Part shown: one piece after another, positions 1 through 11,954 of the stretch
Layout: each line of letters begins with the position of its first letter
How positions within the stretch are numbered: position 1 is the stretch's first letter
From: Eledone cirrhosa
Lineage: Eukaryota
Reading direction: 5' to 3'
NCBI GenBank assembly: GCA_964016885.1
Contig: CAXHJY010001298.1
Span: forward strand, 1-64,000
Length of the DNA: 64,000 nucleotides
Notes under the pieces: generated by a model
Database searches by the model: none
Told to the model about the DNA's origin: nothing
Seen by the model: only the letters and a program-made list of their open reading frames with translations
Made by a program: the position numbers and the translations under genes

Positions 1-46
1 ACCACTCCCCTACACACCCTTTGAACTCTGTTCCCACACACTTCTC

Positions 47-78
47 ACCCGAGGAAGGGCTTATGCCCGAAACGTCGT
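47..78 (+). ncRNA. Minimal type I hammerhead ribozyme motif (Penelope-like element type), core variant U4C
   Basis: CCGAGGA-A-GGGC-TTAT-GCCC-GAAA-CG-TC; followed by AATAAA, a T-rich tract and (TA)n at ~169; helix I only 2 bp in this copy. Confidence 0.6.
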
Positions 79-166
79 TCCCCACCACCACCCCACTCTC
101 CAGAGCGTGAAATTAATAAAAAATCGTTGTACTGCCTCTCTGTTTTGTTCCTGTTCAAATTTTTCC

Positions 167-207
<41 letters not shown>

Positions 208-293
208 ATGTATATATATATAGTAATCCATATGTGAAACCATTATCCTGCATCTGTTTGACTCCTATATATTTGTTGATGTTTGTTTTTTAG

Positions 294-436
294 ATAAAGA
301 AGAAGCTGTTAGTATACAAGCAATTCAGTCGATGAAGTCAAAGACTAAATTCTGCCGGCACTGTGATTGGGCTGTATTAAGTCCTGGCATTCGTAAGAAA
401 AAAACTGAATTACCTTTTATTACAAAAGAAGAACAG
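294..436 (+). CDS. KMT2C: KMT2C/D (MLL3/4, trr) histone H3K4 methyltransferase, internal exon (first in window; gene begins upstream)
   Basis: tttttag acceptor, CAG|gtaatt donor; translates DKEEAVSIQAIQSMKSKTKFCRHCDWAVLSPGIRKKKTELPFITKEEQ, resembling the CxxCxxV(I/L)GSGVRK segment upstream of the KMT2C ePHD; phase fits next exon. Confidence 0.8.
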
Positions 437-834
437 GTAATTATTTTCATTACTAAAAAAATTAATTGTTGGTTATTTAAACTCTTTTGTTAACATATTC
501 CTAATAAAATACTCTTTCACTTTGAATTTGAATTTCTTATCATAGCTTTTGTAGAAACCAGTCTCAATACCCTTACATTGGGGTATCACAGACTCAAAAT
601 CATCATCGTTCATTTTCCATGCTAGCATGGGTAGGACGGGCTGTCCCTTTGTGAGAGATCAGGTCAGAGGACTGTGTTTCTCTCACACCGAACAAATTTT
701 GGCTTGGTTTCTATGGCTGGATTTCCTTCCTAATGTCAACCACATTTACTGTGTGTGCTGGGTGCTTTTTGTTGTGCCATCAACATGACCACTTTACAGT
801 GTGGACTCTACAGAATCTACAATGATGTTTTATC

Positions 835-987
835 ATCATCATCAGGTTTAGCGTCCGTGTTCCACGCTTGCATGGGTTTGGACGGGGGTTTTCCCACTTG
901 AGGCAAGAGTGGTTGTCTTGCTCGCATAGAACTGTCTGGCGGGTTTTCTACAGTTCGATGCCCTTCCTAACACCAACCACATTTACA
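835..987 (-). mobile_element. Very short 5'-truncated copy (3' UTR only) of the young RTE LINE
   Basis: Highly similar to 21068-21235; (CAT)n tail on +; 8-bp candidate TSD GTTTTATC at 827-834 and 988-995. Confidence 0.8.
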
Positions 988-1638
988 GTTTTATCTCATT
1001 AAATATTACCAATATGCAGATACCCGAAGGAAGACAATCCACAGCACTACAGTCTTTTTTAGATTGAAGGATTAGGGTAATTTGAGATCAATTAAAATAG
1101 GAATTCCAAATGTTTTAGACCTTTAAACCTGGAATGTAGAAAAATAAATAAATCAGTCAGCAGAATATAAAATAAACAGTAAAGATTAATTATATATAAA
1201 TCAGAAACCTGCATAAGCAAATTGTATTTTGTATTATTTTATGTATATACATTTTGGATACAAATGCCAGGTTTGGGCCTAAAAGCTCAATCAATCTCTA
1301 GGAACCCCCCCCCCCCCACACACACACACCACCACCGCCACCAGCACAACAACAAAAAAAAATTATTTCCACTGTACTCTTAATTAATTTTTATGAATTA
1401 TAAATATTCAAATAAAGTTATTCTAACAAATAAAAAAAATGCTTTTATGTAACTATATAGTTAAAAGTAGGGAAAAAATATTTACTGGTTTAATCAACTT
1501 CCTGGCTAGTCCCACCAACCCCTGTGGATCATATCAACTATTTTAGAAGCCCTAACTTGAGATCAGTTATGTTGTTTATATATATGCTAAATGTTATATT
1601 TTTCACTAAATTATTTTATTTTATTTTTTCATTGCTAG

Positions 1639-2106
1639 GATTCTGAAGATGAAGAAATTACGTTTTGTAGTAAAAATTGTTATCTTCAGTTTGCTATTAC
1701 GCATCGTTCAGCTTTACCTGAAGAAACAAAGGAAGGCGGGGATATCATTGAACATAAAAGTGCTTTGGCCGACCATACTAGTGTAAGCTCAGTTGGGACA
1801 ACAGTAACTGCTACAACTTCTACTAGCACTTTAATAACCACCACTACAACCACCACTGCTGCTACTGCCGCTGATGTTGATGATGATGCAGCAGTATCTA
1901 CTGCAGTGACAACTACTGTGGCTCTAACAACCACAGCAATTTCAAAGGCCATAACATCTATAGCTGCATCTGAATGCCCATCGCCGCAAGCAAAAAGAGA
2001 TGATATTAACAGTGTTAGCAAGCTGTGTGGTAAGCGACGCCGCAGAAGTAGTAGCAACAGTATTGAGTCACATTCTACATCTTCAACCTCACCAGTACCA
2101 ACACAA
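1639..2106 (+). CDS. KMT2C: KMT2C/D exon with FCSxxC motif and Thr/Ala/Ser-rich low-complexity segment
   Basis: ttgctag acceptor, CAA|gtaagt donor; 468 nt open frame DSEDEEITFCSKNCYLQFAITHR...STSPVPTQ (overlaps ORF 1765..2199). Confidence 0.8.
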
Positions 2107-2890
2107 GTAAGTTATTTTCACATTTTCACATCAAAATTTAACAAATTGCTAATGAGAAGCACTGCCTATGATTTTAAATTAACTTGGAAAATAATTTAGA
2201 ATTTGGAAAAATTTAGTAATATAACAAATAGTTTACATCTTTAAGCTGATATTTCGAATATAGCAAAGGTGCTTCCCTAAAATTATGATGGAAAGTTTAA
2301 ACTTAAATAAGAATATTTTAAAACAAACAGCTTTATATCATAGAACCAGAGGTGGTTTCACTATCAGAAAGGTTAATAAACTATTTATAGATCAAGTTAA
2401 TGTCATAAAAACTGCATCGTGTCATATTTCCAATTTGTACTTAGTAAAATACACCATTATTGTCATAAATATCACATCTTCTCATATTTCCTCATATTTT
2501 CCTCTTGTAATAATCACAACAGATCACATTATTGTAACTTTTTAAATATCATATAATCATCCTCATCCCTTTACATTTGCTTTTCCATGCTGGCATTGGT
2601 TGAATGGCTGTCAGTATTTAATTGAAGCTGCTGTCCTTCAAGACAGGTTGTGGGACCATGTCACATATATGTTCTAGTTTTGGCATAGTTTCTATGGATG
2701 GATGCTTTAACACCACATACTTTATGGAGTTTACTAGGTGCATTTTATCATGGCACCAGCACTAGAGAGGTTGTGATGTCCTTGATATCACCCCTTATAT
2801 TGATTCTACAATAGATATAGACAATTAAATGAAAGTAGTTTTGGGTTCGCTTTCTTTTATCTAATAATTCTTCTAATTTCTTTTTATAAG

Positions 2891-2983
2891 CCTGCACCCA
2901 AAAAATGGAAAGATGTTCGATGGAGAAAGTGGGATATAATTTTTGGAACATTAAAATTGCAAACAAGAGATGAACTGGATCCT
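2891..2983 (+). CDS. KMT2C: KMT2C/D exon
   Basis: AG/GTAAGT bounded, 93 nt; PAPKKWKDVRWRKWDIIFGTLKLQTRDELDP matches the KWxxxxWKKW motif preceding the KMT2C/D ePHD. Confidence 0.85.
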
Positions 2984-3029
2984 GTAAGTTATTATTTGCT
3001 TTCGAAAATTGATTGTATAAATTGATTAA

Positions 3030-3076
3030 CCTTTTTGTGATCATATTTCTAATGAAAGTTAATGCTTATGTGCATC

Positions 3077-3107
<31 letters not shown>

Positions 3108-4872
3108 ATAACGTCCATCTTCCACGCTTGCATGGGTTTGGACGGGAATTTTCCCACTTGAGGCAAGATTGGTTGTCTTGCTCGTATAGGACTGTCTGGC
3201 AGGTTTTCTACAGCTGGATGCCCTTCCTAACACCAACCACGTTTACAGTGTTGACTGGGAGGTTTTTACCGTGTTACCTACACGGCCACGTTACAGCGTG
3301 GACTGTGTGTTTTTTTTGTCGTGACACCTACACGACCTCATTTGTTTCGGCCTGGATGTTGTGGTACCAACATAACTTTACATTGAAAGGAGTGGTGTGG
3401 ATGGGGTGGGGCTAGTGTGACGGGGGTGTATTTTTGTTAGAGGTGCCTACTGACTGTAGGTTTCGCTTTGTACTTAGGCAAGGCGGGTCTTCTGTATTAC
3501 TGTGTAGCGCCAAAGATCTCGGTCCAGTGATATTGTCTTGGAGAGGTGTAAGTGTGTGAGGTTGGAATTTATCAAGTCGTCCCGGGTTTTTCTGGGTCTG
3601 CCTACTCCGTGGCTACCGTCTATTTTTATCACCCTGCACTTTTTTATACAGCTGTCGTCTTTCATGCGCATCACGTGACCGTACCAACGTAGTCTTCTCT
3701 CGAGTAAACCACATCTGATCCCTCTTATTCCTAATTTCTCCCTTAGTTCGTTTATGCTTTGCCGTTCACGTATATTACTATTACACATCCAGCGGAGCAT
3801 GCAAGCTTCATTCCTCTCCAGTCTGCGTATATCCTCTGCACACAATGCCCAAGTCTCACTGTCATGTAACATTGCTGTTCGTATGCAGGCATCATACATC
3901 CTGCCTTTCATTTTTAGAGAGAACCCTTTAGCGGCCAATAGTGGTATAAGCTCTCTGAACTTTTTCCATCCTGTTCTGACTCTAGCTACTGTACTTTCAG
4001 AGCACCCTCCACCACTGCTGATTTTGTCACCCAGGTAACGGAAGGTGTCCACTATTTCTATAGAACCATCTGTGCAATGGAATGAGCTAGTATTCTGTGG
4101 GCACTTGCTGCTACTTATTGCACCTGAGCACCGGCCACATATAAAATCTATATTCTTAGTTAGCTTACCTGTGATCCCACTACATCTTTTATGCACCCAT
4201 ACTTTGCATTTTGGACATAAAATGGAGTTTCTGCCTACTCCTTTCCTACATACTGAGCATGGCCATTTCCCAGATGGGACCGGTGCCTTATTTTCCTTCC
4301 TACAAACTAGGTCTTAGACAGGTTAATTTAAGGCCTTTTGATTCTAGGCCGTGCTTCCATGTTTGGAATTTCTTCTCTAGTTCAGCCATTGATTCAGCTA
4401 TGAGCGTTAGATCATTTGTGTATGAGAGTTCCCATGGGCAGCCGGTCTTGAACTCCTCTGTTATAGCCTGAAGGGCAATAATAAATAGTAGGGGGCTAAG
4501 AACGGAGCCCTGATGAACACCAACTTTTACGCTAAACTCTTCACTATATTCGTTGTTAATTCTAACCTTGCTGACTGTTTCTTTATACATGGCTTGTATA
4601 GCTCTCACAACCCATTCATCAACACCCTAGTTTTCTAAGAGCCCACCAGATAATGGAGCGGGGGACTCTGTCAAAGGCTTTCTCCAAATCATTTTGAAAA
4701 TCAAGAATTTGGAGGGATTTAGTAAAATAAGTAACTTTCTTAATATTTATCTGGTATTTGAAATATGAATTAACAAAGGTTCTTACATAAAATTACAATG
4801 AAAGGTTTTTCAAACAAGCAATTTTATATTGTAAAACCAACACTGGCTTTCAACAGTTTGGTATCAGATAGG
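3030..4872. mobile_element. piggyBac-type MITE (family A) split by the RTE insertion
   Basis: TTAA at 3026-3029 and 4873-4876; termini CC(C)TTTTG..ACCA / GGTATCA..AGG(G); body matches other copies once the RTE is removed. Confidence 0.65.
3084..4684 (-). mobile_element. 5'-truncated RTE-clade LINE, inactivated (RT C-terminal half plus 3' UTR)
   Basis: ORFs 4300..4608 and 3474..4196 align with the 642-aa ORF; YADD changed to YTND; frameshifting deletion near 4310; (CAT)n tail; TSD CAAATCAT at 3076-3083 and 4685-4692. Confidence 0.92.
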
Positions 4873-5081
4873 TTAACAAAAGTTTCTTAGATTAAATTAT
4901 TGTAAGAGGTTTTAAATTAAATATGAACATTTCATGTCATCTGAAAATACTTTAATAATCTCTATGAACCATCATGTGACCATATTTCTAATGAAATACA
5001 CTGTCTAATTTTTCAAATCCTCTGGAAAATAAAGAAGAATTTGGATGTATTTAGTAATATAACTAACTTCCACATTATTAA

Positions 5082-5277
5082 CCCATTAGCATTTACATTA
5101 CTCTATATATACTATTGTATTTTTGTGGTAAAGGCTTTATCTTATATAATCATTTTGATACTTATTTATTTGGAGAACAATACCATAACATCAGTATAAG
5201 CGGTTGATTACAGCCAATTTGAACAAAAAGAGGTGAGAGAATTCTGGCTGGATGCGGCTGGTTTAAATGCTAAAGGG
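5082..5277. mobile_element. piggyBac-type MITE (family B) nested in a family A copy
   Basis: TIRs CCCATTAGCATTTA / TAAATGCTAAAGGG; left flank TTAA, right flank TAAA. Confidence 0.65.
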
Positions 5278-5363
5278 TAAAGTTGGGGTTTGCAACATGT
5301 TATAGTAAAGGTTCTTACATAAAATTATATTAGAAGGTTTTTAGACTAACATAATCACTTTAA

Positions 5364-5627
5364 CCCTTTCATCACCATATTTCTAATGCGGTGGGGGTGG
5401 GGGGGGGGGTGCTTGTGGTTTTCAAATAAATTTGAAAATAATCAAAATATTGGAGGGATTTAGTAAAATAACTAACTTTCTCATTATTTGGGTTGGTGTT
5501 TAGAATATAACTTAAAAATCCCTCCATCATAATTCTACGATGGAAGGTTTTTAGATAAATTTAAATACTTTAAAATAATTGTATCATAGAACGAGGGATA
5601 GTTTCAACTGGTTTGATATCAAAAGGG
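5364..5627. mobile_element. piggyBac-type MITE (family A)
   Basis: TTAA-CCCTTTCATCACCATATTTCTAATG ... GATATCAAAAGGG; related copies at ~7761-8319, 10577-10690, 12613-12850, 14875-15060, 15553-15712, 27778-27885. Confidence 0.65.
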
Positions 5628-5691
5628 TAAATTTGATTAAGAGAAGAAATAATAAGATAACAATTTATTGTATGTATCCTTTTCATTGAAG

Positions 5692-5804
5692 AAATTTTGG
5701 GAATCAATCGGCGTGATCCTTCCTAGAAATCCAAAACTTGAAGATATTCGAAAATGTGCCTTTTGTCATACCCATGGAGATGGATCTTCAAATGGACCAG
5801 CAAG
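5692..5804 (+). CDS. KMT2C: KMT2C/D exon, start of extended PHD (C2HC pre-PHD)
   Basis: KFWESIGVILPRNPKLEDIRKCAFCHTHGDGSSNGPA(R), compare DxRKCCFCHEEGDGLTDGPAR of KMT2C; AG|gtgaat donor. Confidence 0.9.
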
Positions 5805-5834
5805 GTGAATACAATTATTTTATTTATTGCTTCC

Positions 5835-6050
5835 CTATTTAATTGTGTTCACAGCTTTTCTCTTGGTTTTCATTTCCTCCTCTGTCACTTTTTGACATGT
5901 CTTTCTTGATCTCCCACTTCCTCGACTTCCATCCACATTTGTTTCCATCACTCCTCTCATTAAGTCACTTTTGACCTTCTTCAGCATATGACCCAGGCAT
6001 CTCATTTCATTTTCATTCACAGCATTCATTACTAGCTCTATTCCCATCAT
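5835..6050 (-). mobile_element. Degenerate 3' fragment of an RTE-like LINE ORF
   Basis: ...MRCLGHMLK...VDGSRGSGRSRKT resembles the LRWxGHVxR...GxRxxGRPRKxW C-terminus. Confidence 0.6.
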
Positions 6051-6986
6051 GCTCCTTAAATATAAGGCAACAAATTGGTGGAGTCATTAAGGATTTTTAT
6101 TAAATACTTTGCAGTGTATGTTTTCACTCTCTGCACTAAAGGTCAACTTTGCCTTTTAGGGTTTTTGGATTACTGGAATTGTTAAAGTGTCCTTACAATA
6201 TCAATTTCAGCCCAGTATGTTCTGAGTTCAAATTTTGCCTCCTGTCATTAAAAAAGCAGTGAAACTTCAGTCACAATAGTATCAGCAGTGGAAATATAGT
6301 TTTGTTGGTCTGAACTAAGGATTGGATACTTTCCATTCATGTACACAAGAGATCATTACTGCCTTTATGTCATTAATTTTACTCAGCATTGAAGATTGAC
6401 TATATTTCTTCCTTGTCAAATATGCACATGGTACCACAACCTCCACAAGGAAAACCATCCACCAACTTCCTGTGGTTCCAAGAAGTTCAAGTCTTGATTT
6501 GCACTTAAAGTACTCATACATGAAATATAAAATTTGATATGTGACTACTTGCACTATTATTCCCTTTGCTCTATACACCTCCCTCTATTTCAGATAGTAT
6601 CCATTTCTCTTTACCTTTATCACCCTTTCAAACACTCTTTCTTTCCTTGCTTTCGTATTCTCTCCTTTTGTCTTCCCTTACTTTCTTTTCTTTCCTTCCT
6701 ATCTTCCTCTTCTATCGCCTTCCTCCCTACTTCACCTTTTCCCCTGTCAGCCCTCCTCTGTCCTAACCAATAAATATATATATATATTATAATCTGAATT
6801 CATAGCACTTTCTTACTTCTTTTTTGATAAAGCTGAGCAAATACACATTTTGCTGAAACATTTATAGCCTTGTTGTACAATTAGGAATAAATCTATTTAT
6901 ACAATGTTTTTTTTAAAAAGCATTGTATGTCATTTGTTGCAATCTGTGATCTCTAGATCAGACACCCCACACTTCTTTGGCTGGTA

Positions 6987-7024
<38 letters not shown>

Positions 7025-7062
7025 GTGTGGAAAAGAATTAACTGAAATAAATTTTTCTGCAG

Positions 7063-7306
7063 GTTATTAAACTTGGATGTTGACAAATGGACCCATTTAA
7101 ACTGTGCCTTGTGGTCTCATGAAGTGTATGAGACATTAAATGGTGCTCTAATCAACGTGGAACAATCGTATCGACGTGGGCTTTCACTAGAATGTTCTAT
7201 TTGCCATAAGAATGGAGCAACACTTGGTTGTTTCAAATTCCGATGTTCCAATATATATCATCTTGGATGTGCTATTAAAGATGGATGTGTATTCTATCAA
7301 GATAAA
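7063..7306 (+). CDS. KMT2C: KMT2C/D exon, extended PHD finger
   Basis: LLNLDVDKWTHLNCALWSHEVYETLNGALINVEQSYRRGLSLECSICHKNGATLGCFKFRCSNIYHLGCAIKDGCVFYQDK; ctgcag acceptor, gtaagt donor. Confidence 0.95.
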
Positions 7307-7784
7307 GTAAGTCATTCTGATATTTGTTTCTATAAATACCTTAATAATGATTTAAGTTACTTAGAATTTCTTCTATATATAATCTCATCTTTTGTAAATG
7401 TCAAGATTGCTTCTATGTTGCCATCATCATCATCATTGTCATCATTATGATTTGAAAGGTCAGACAACCATGCCTTGTTCCTACTTTCTCTTTTGGCTTA
7501 GTTTTTACTGCTAGATGCCCTTCCTAATGCCAACAACTTTACAGCATCTACTAGGTGCATTTTACCAGCTCTACCACTTTAAAGAATTACTAGGCACATT
7601 TTATTGTGGCACCAGCACTAGAGTGGTTTTTGTACTCTGCAAGACTGAAGAGTCCTCTGTACTCTAAATTGTCTCCATTCAATTCTCATGGAGTATTTTC
7701 TATATGCTTGTATACATAATCAATTTACTACAGTATTTGTTTTTGTATGCAGTTGTTTAACCCTTTCTATATTATATTCTATTT

Positions 7785-8133
7785 ATGGAGGCACATGGCT
7801 TAGTGGTTAGAGCATTGGCCTTGCAATCGAAAGGTTGTGAGTTCAATTCTCAGACCGGGTGATGTGTTGTTTCCTTGAGCAAGACACTTTATTTCACATC
7901 AGTTTACTCAAGCTGTAGAAATGAGATGATAGGGACTGGGGTCCCTATCATTCCACTGCAAAGTGGTCGTGGAGGTGCCACGGCAATAAAAGCACCCAGC
8001 ACTCACTGTAAATGAGGTTGGTGTTAGGAAGGGCATCCAGCTGTAGAAATCAAGCCAGAATCAGTTCCCATCCCACCCTTGCAAGCAGGGAAAAGCGGAT
8101 GTAAAATGATGATGATGATGATGATGATGATGA
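7785..8133 (+). mobile_element. tRNA-derived SINE with RTE-like 3' tail
   Basis: A box TGGCTTAGTGG, B box GTTCAATTC, central CCTTGAGCAAGACACTT, 3' end GGTGTTAGGAAGGGCATCCAGCTGTAGAAA...GCAAGCAGGGAAAAGCGGATGTAAAA(TGA)n shared with the RTE 3' UTR; inserted in a MITE with possible TSD ATTCTA. Confidence 0.8.
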
Positions 8134-8507
8134 TTCTAATAAAAGACATTGCTTATGTATTTTAAATCATTTTAAATGTATTCAAGAATTTGGAGGGCTT
8201 TAGTAATACAACTTCCTCATTAAGTTGGTGCATGGAACATAACAAAGGTTCTTACATAAAATAAACAACTTTGCATCAAAGAACTAAGTGTGGGCCAGGC
8301 AACTTGGTATACAAAATGGTTGCATTTCTATGATATTGACCTAAAGTGGTGATTATGACCATTTTCACAATATCAATCAATTGCATCAGTTCCTTTATAC
8401 AAACAGTGTTTTTCATTATCTTCTCTATTTAGTATAGTTAATTGCCCACCAAATCATATTGAACACAGTCAAATTGATACTAATGTTTTATGTTTTCTTC
8501 TTTACAG

Positions 8508-8620
8508 ACACTCTTTTGTCCAAACCATGTTCCAAAGAATAATCAAGAGAATGAACTGAAGTCGTTAGTAGTTTTCAGACGTGTTTATGTGTGTCGTGAA
8601 GAAGGAAAACAAGTAGCAAG
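8508..8620 (+). CDS. KMT2C: KMT2C/D exon, end of ePHD
   Basis: TLFCPNHVPKNNQENELKSLVVFRRVYVCREEGKQVA(S); ttacag / gtaagt. Confidence 0.93.
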
Positions 8621-9458
8621 GTAAGTAATCACCATCACTGCCACCACACATTTTTACATGCTTAGGCAATAGTTTGTCACAGTCACTAGGGCATTGAAAT
8701 AAATGCCTCAGTATATTCTGGCCCTGAGTTCAAATCCTGCTACAGTTAATTTTGCCTCTCATCATTTCAGGGGTCAATAAATAGGGTACCAGTCCAGGAG
8801 CAGTGCATTGGTGGAATTGTAAAAGTTTCAGACAGAGGATCTTTGTGATATCTATTCCAGCTCTGTGCATTTTGAGTTTAAATTTTGCCTTTATCACCAG
8901 AAAAGTGATGATGCTTCTATCAGGAGTTACAATTGTCAGATGGTACCAGCAATGGAAAGACTAATGGAAACATTGTTTCCTTTGCCTAAGCTTCTTTCCT
9001 TTCTTTTCTTTGCATTTTTGCACAGGTTGGATGAGATTCTTTTCTAGTAGAATTTTTTCTACTACTAAATGTCATTCCTTAAGCCAATCCATACCATATT
9101 CTAAGTATGGTGTATGCTACTAAAATTTTGTTGAAATGAAGCTTTATAAACAATGCCAAGATGACAATGGAGGTACCTGGCACACACATGAATGTATGCA
9201 TGCGCAACAGGCTTCCTTACGATCTCCACTTACTCACAAAGCTTTGGCTGGGCTAAGGCTACAGTAGAAGACACTTACTTAACATGCAATGCAGTGAGGA
9301 ATTTGAAACGCTGTAATTCCAAAAGCAAACTTCTTAACCACAATAACATTTCTAAAAAGTTTTCTGTACATTTCATGTTCAGTATAAGATAACTTCACAT
9401 ATGTCAGGTTTTGCTGACAAAACTAATTTAAATATTTTTTTTTATACTACTTTTACAG

Positions 9459-9585
9459 TATGGTTCATGAGGAGGATAGCCGCTTTACTTTACGCATAGG
9501 TTCTCTCATATTACATTCTGTGGGACAGCTTCTACCTCATCAGATCCAGACTGGCAAGTTTCACTCTAGAGAATGCATTTATCCA
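9459..9585 (+). CDS. KMT2C: KMT2C/D exon, FYRN domain
   Basis: MVHEEDSRFTLRIGSLILHSVGQLLPHQIQTGKFHSRECIYP; ttacag / gtatgt. Confidence 0.93.
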
Positions 9586-10811
9586 GTATGTACTAACTTT
9601 TTTTTGTTTTTTTACTTTTCAAGTTGATAGAAATATAATTTTTACTAACTCTTATCATCATTCTTCAGTTTTTTTCCATGCTGGCATTGGTTGGATGTGT
9701 TGTTACAGACCAACTCAGTAATTGATCGGAGGTACTGTTCTAGATGGATCAGTTTACCACTTCTTCTTCAAATACGTTTTATTTTGGTATTCTTTCTTAA
9801 CCGTAACCACTTTGTATTCAAATTGATAGAAATATAATTTTTACTAACTCTATCATCATATGATTTTTCTTTTCATGCTGGCATATGTTCAATAGGTTGT
9901 TCCAGGCGAATTTAGTATTTAATTGGAGCTACAGTTCTAATGGCCACATCTAATCCAGATACATTTCATTTTGGCATGGATTCTATGGTTTGATGCCATT
10001 CCTACTTACAGCCATTTTGCAGAATGTACTCAGTGCATTTTATCATGGTGCCAACACTAAAGGGATTATGTTGACCTTGATGTGACTGATGAGTCCAGTC
10101 AACCCTTCTTTTGGCATAGTTGGCATGGATGAATGATCTTAATGCCAACCACTTTGTAGAATGTATATCGATACATTTTATTGTGGCACCAACACTGGCG
10201 TAATTGTCTTGTCCCTGACACAATTAAAGAGCCCTGACCACCCTTATTTGGCAAGGTTTCTATGGCTGGATGTTCTTAACCTCAACCACTTTGCAGAGTG
10301 TAGTGGCTGTTTTTTTATTGTGGCACCAGCACGAGTGAGGATTGTCTTGCCCTTGGCATGACTGAAGAGTCCTTTTTATCCATTTTGACATTTCTATGGC
10401 TGGATTCTCTTCTTAACTCCTACCACTTTACAGACTGAACCACTGCAAATATTACACCTATGCTTCACAAAAAAAAAATAACATGCATGACGAAACCTCT
10501 CTTTCTGTTATAAATATCTTTCATATTTTTTGTCATTGTTTTACATTTTACAAGTTTTCTATTGCTTAAGACTTAATCCTTTTGTTACCATATTTCTAAT
10601 GAAAGTCACTACCCATGATTTTCAAATCATATTGAAAATAATCAAGAATTTGGAAGGAGGGCAGTTTCAAATGTTTTGGTATCAAAAGGGTTGATTATGT
10701 TTTATTTTAATTATCATCATCATCATCGTTTAATGTCCATTTTCCATGCTAGCATTCTAAAATATTTTGAAAAGAACTAAAAACTAATATTTTACGAAAT
10801 TTCTATTTTAG

Positions 10812-10974
10812 GTTGGTTTTAAAAGCTCCCGGTTTTACTGGAGCATGCGACAGCTTCACAGGCGTTGTCGCTATGTATGTAGTGTACATGACAAAGAAGG
10901 CCATCCTGAATTTGTATTAAAAATTGTGGAGAAAGGTTTTGAAGATGTAATTATAAAAGATAATTCACCAAAAT
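10812..10974 (+). CDS. KMT2C: KMT2C/D exon, FYRN-FYRC
   Basis: VGFKSSRFYWSMRQLHRRCRYVCSVHDKEGHPEFVLKIVEKGFEDVIIKDNSPK; ttttag / gtaagt. Confidence 0.95.
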
Positions 10975-11817
10975 GTAAGTTGTATTTAATTTTTGTTCTA
11001 TTGTTTCTCATTCATTATCTCTTTTTATTGTCACTATTATTATATAGCATTTATTCATTTATATTTACGTAAATTAATTATTATACATCATTGATTCATT
11101 CACATTTACATAAATTATTATATAGTATTCATTCATCATTTCCAGGAATCAATTATTGTAATCAATGGAGAATTGACAGAGTTGTTAGATAAAATATCTC
11201 ATATTATTTGTTCCAGCTCTTTGCACTCACTCCAAATCCTGCTGAGGTCAACTTTGCTTTTTATCCATTGGAATTCTTAGAGCATCAGATGGGATAGATG
11301 CTTTGCTATTGCAGTTGAATAAAGATGATGATATTCATTTATTCATTTATCATCATCATCACCATTTTTACTGCTACTTTCCCATGCTTGTATGCATCTC
11401 ACTACTCGTTGCATATAATTATCATTTTCTTTTTGAGATCCAGCATTCTGAGATCAACTGTCACCATTTCTGCCCCGTTTTTTCCTTGGTCTCCGTTTTC
11501 CATGGCATCCTTCCACATGGAATTCCTGGAATTCATTCAGTAATTACTATCCATATGCATTATATATCCATACAAGTGCAGTCTTTTCTTACATGCAACA
11601 TCTAGCCCTTCTAAGACACTGTTTTTCTTATAACTCATCATGTGTCATGTGTGCTTTATTGTTCATCCACACTAATGTTATACACCCAGTAGAGCAGGCA
11701 TTTCTTTCTAATATTCATTCACATTTTCATAAATTTTCTTTAAAACCTCCACTATACCTCATATGCAGGTAGGTTATATTTTCATTTATTAACAATTTCT
11801 GAAATCCCTTCTTTTAG

Positions 11818-11954
11818 GTGTATGGATGCATGTTCTTGAAGCTTTACAAAAAATGAGGAAAGAAGCTGAATTAGTGAAAATCTTCCCAAATTTCATAACT
11901 GGGGATGATTTATTTGGCTTGACAGAACCATCAGTTGTCAGAGTTATAGAATCA
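11818..11954 (+). CDS. KMT2C: KMT2C/D exon, FYRC domain
   Basis: (C)VWMHVLEALQKMRKEAELVKIFPNFITGDDLFGLTEPSVVRVIES; ttttag / gtgagt. Confidence 0.95.

Noticed and set aside
1686-2057. Minus-strand 123-aa Val/Ala-rich ORF
   Set aside because: Antisense shadow of the Thr-rich KMT2C/D exon.
7785-7860. tRNA gene (also 24172-24240 and ~27145-27215)
   Set aside because: A and B boxes are present but no clean cloverleaf; the sequence continues into a SINE body and tail.
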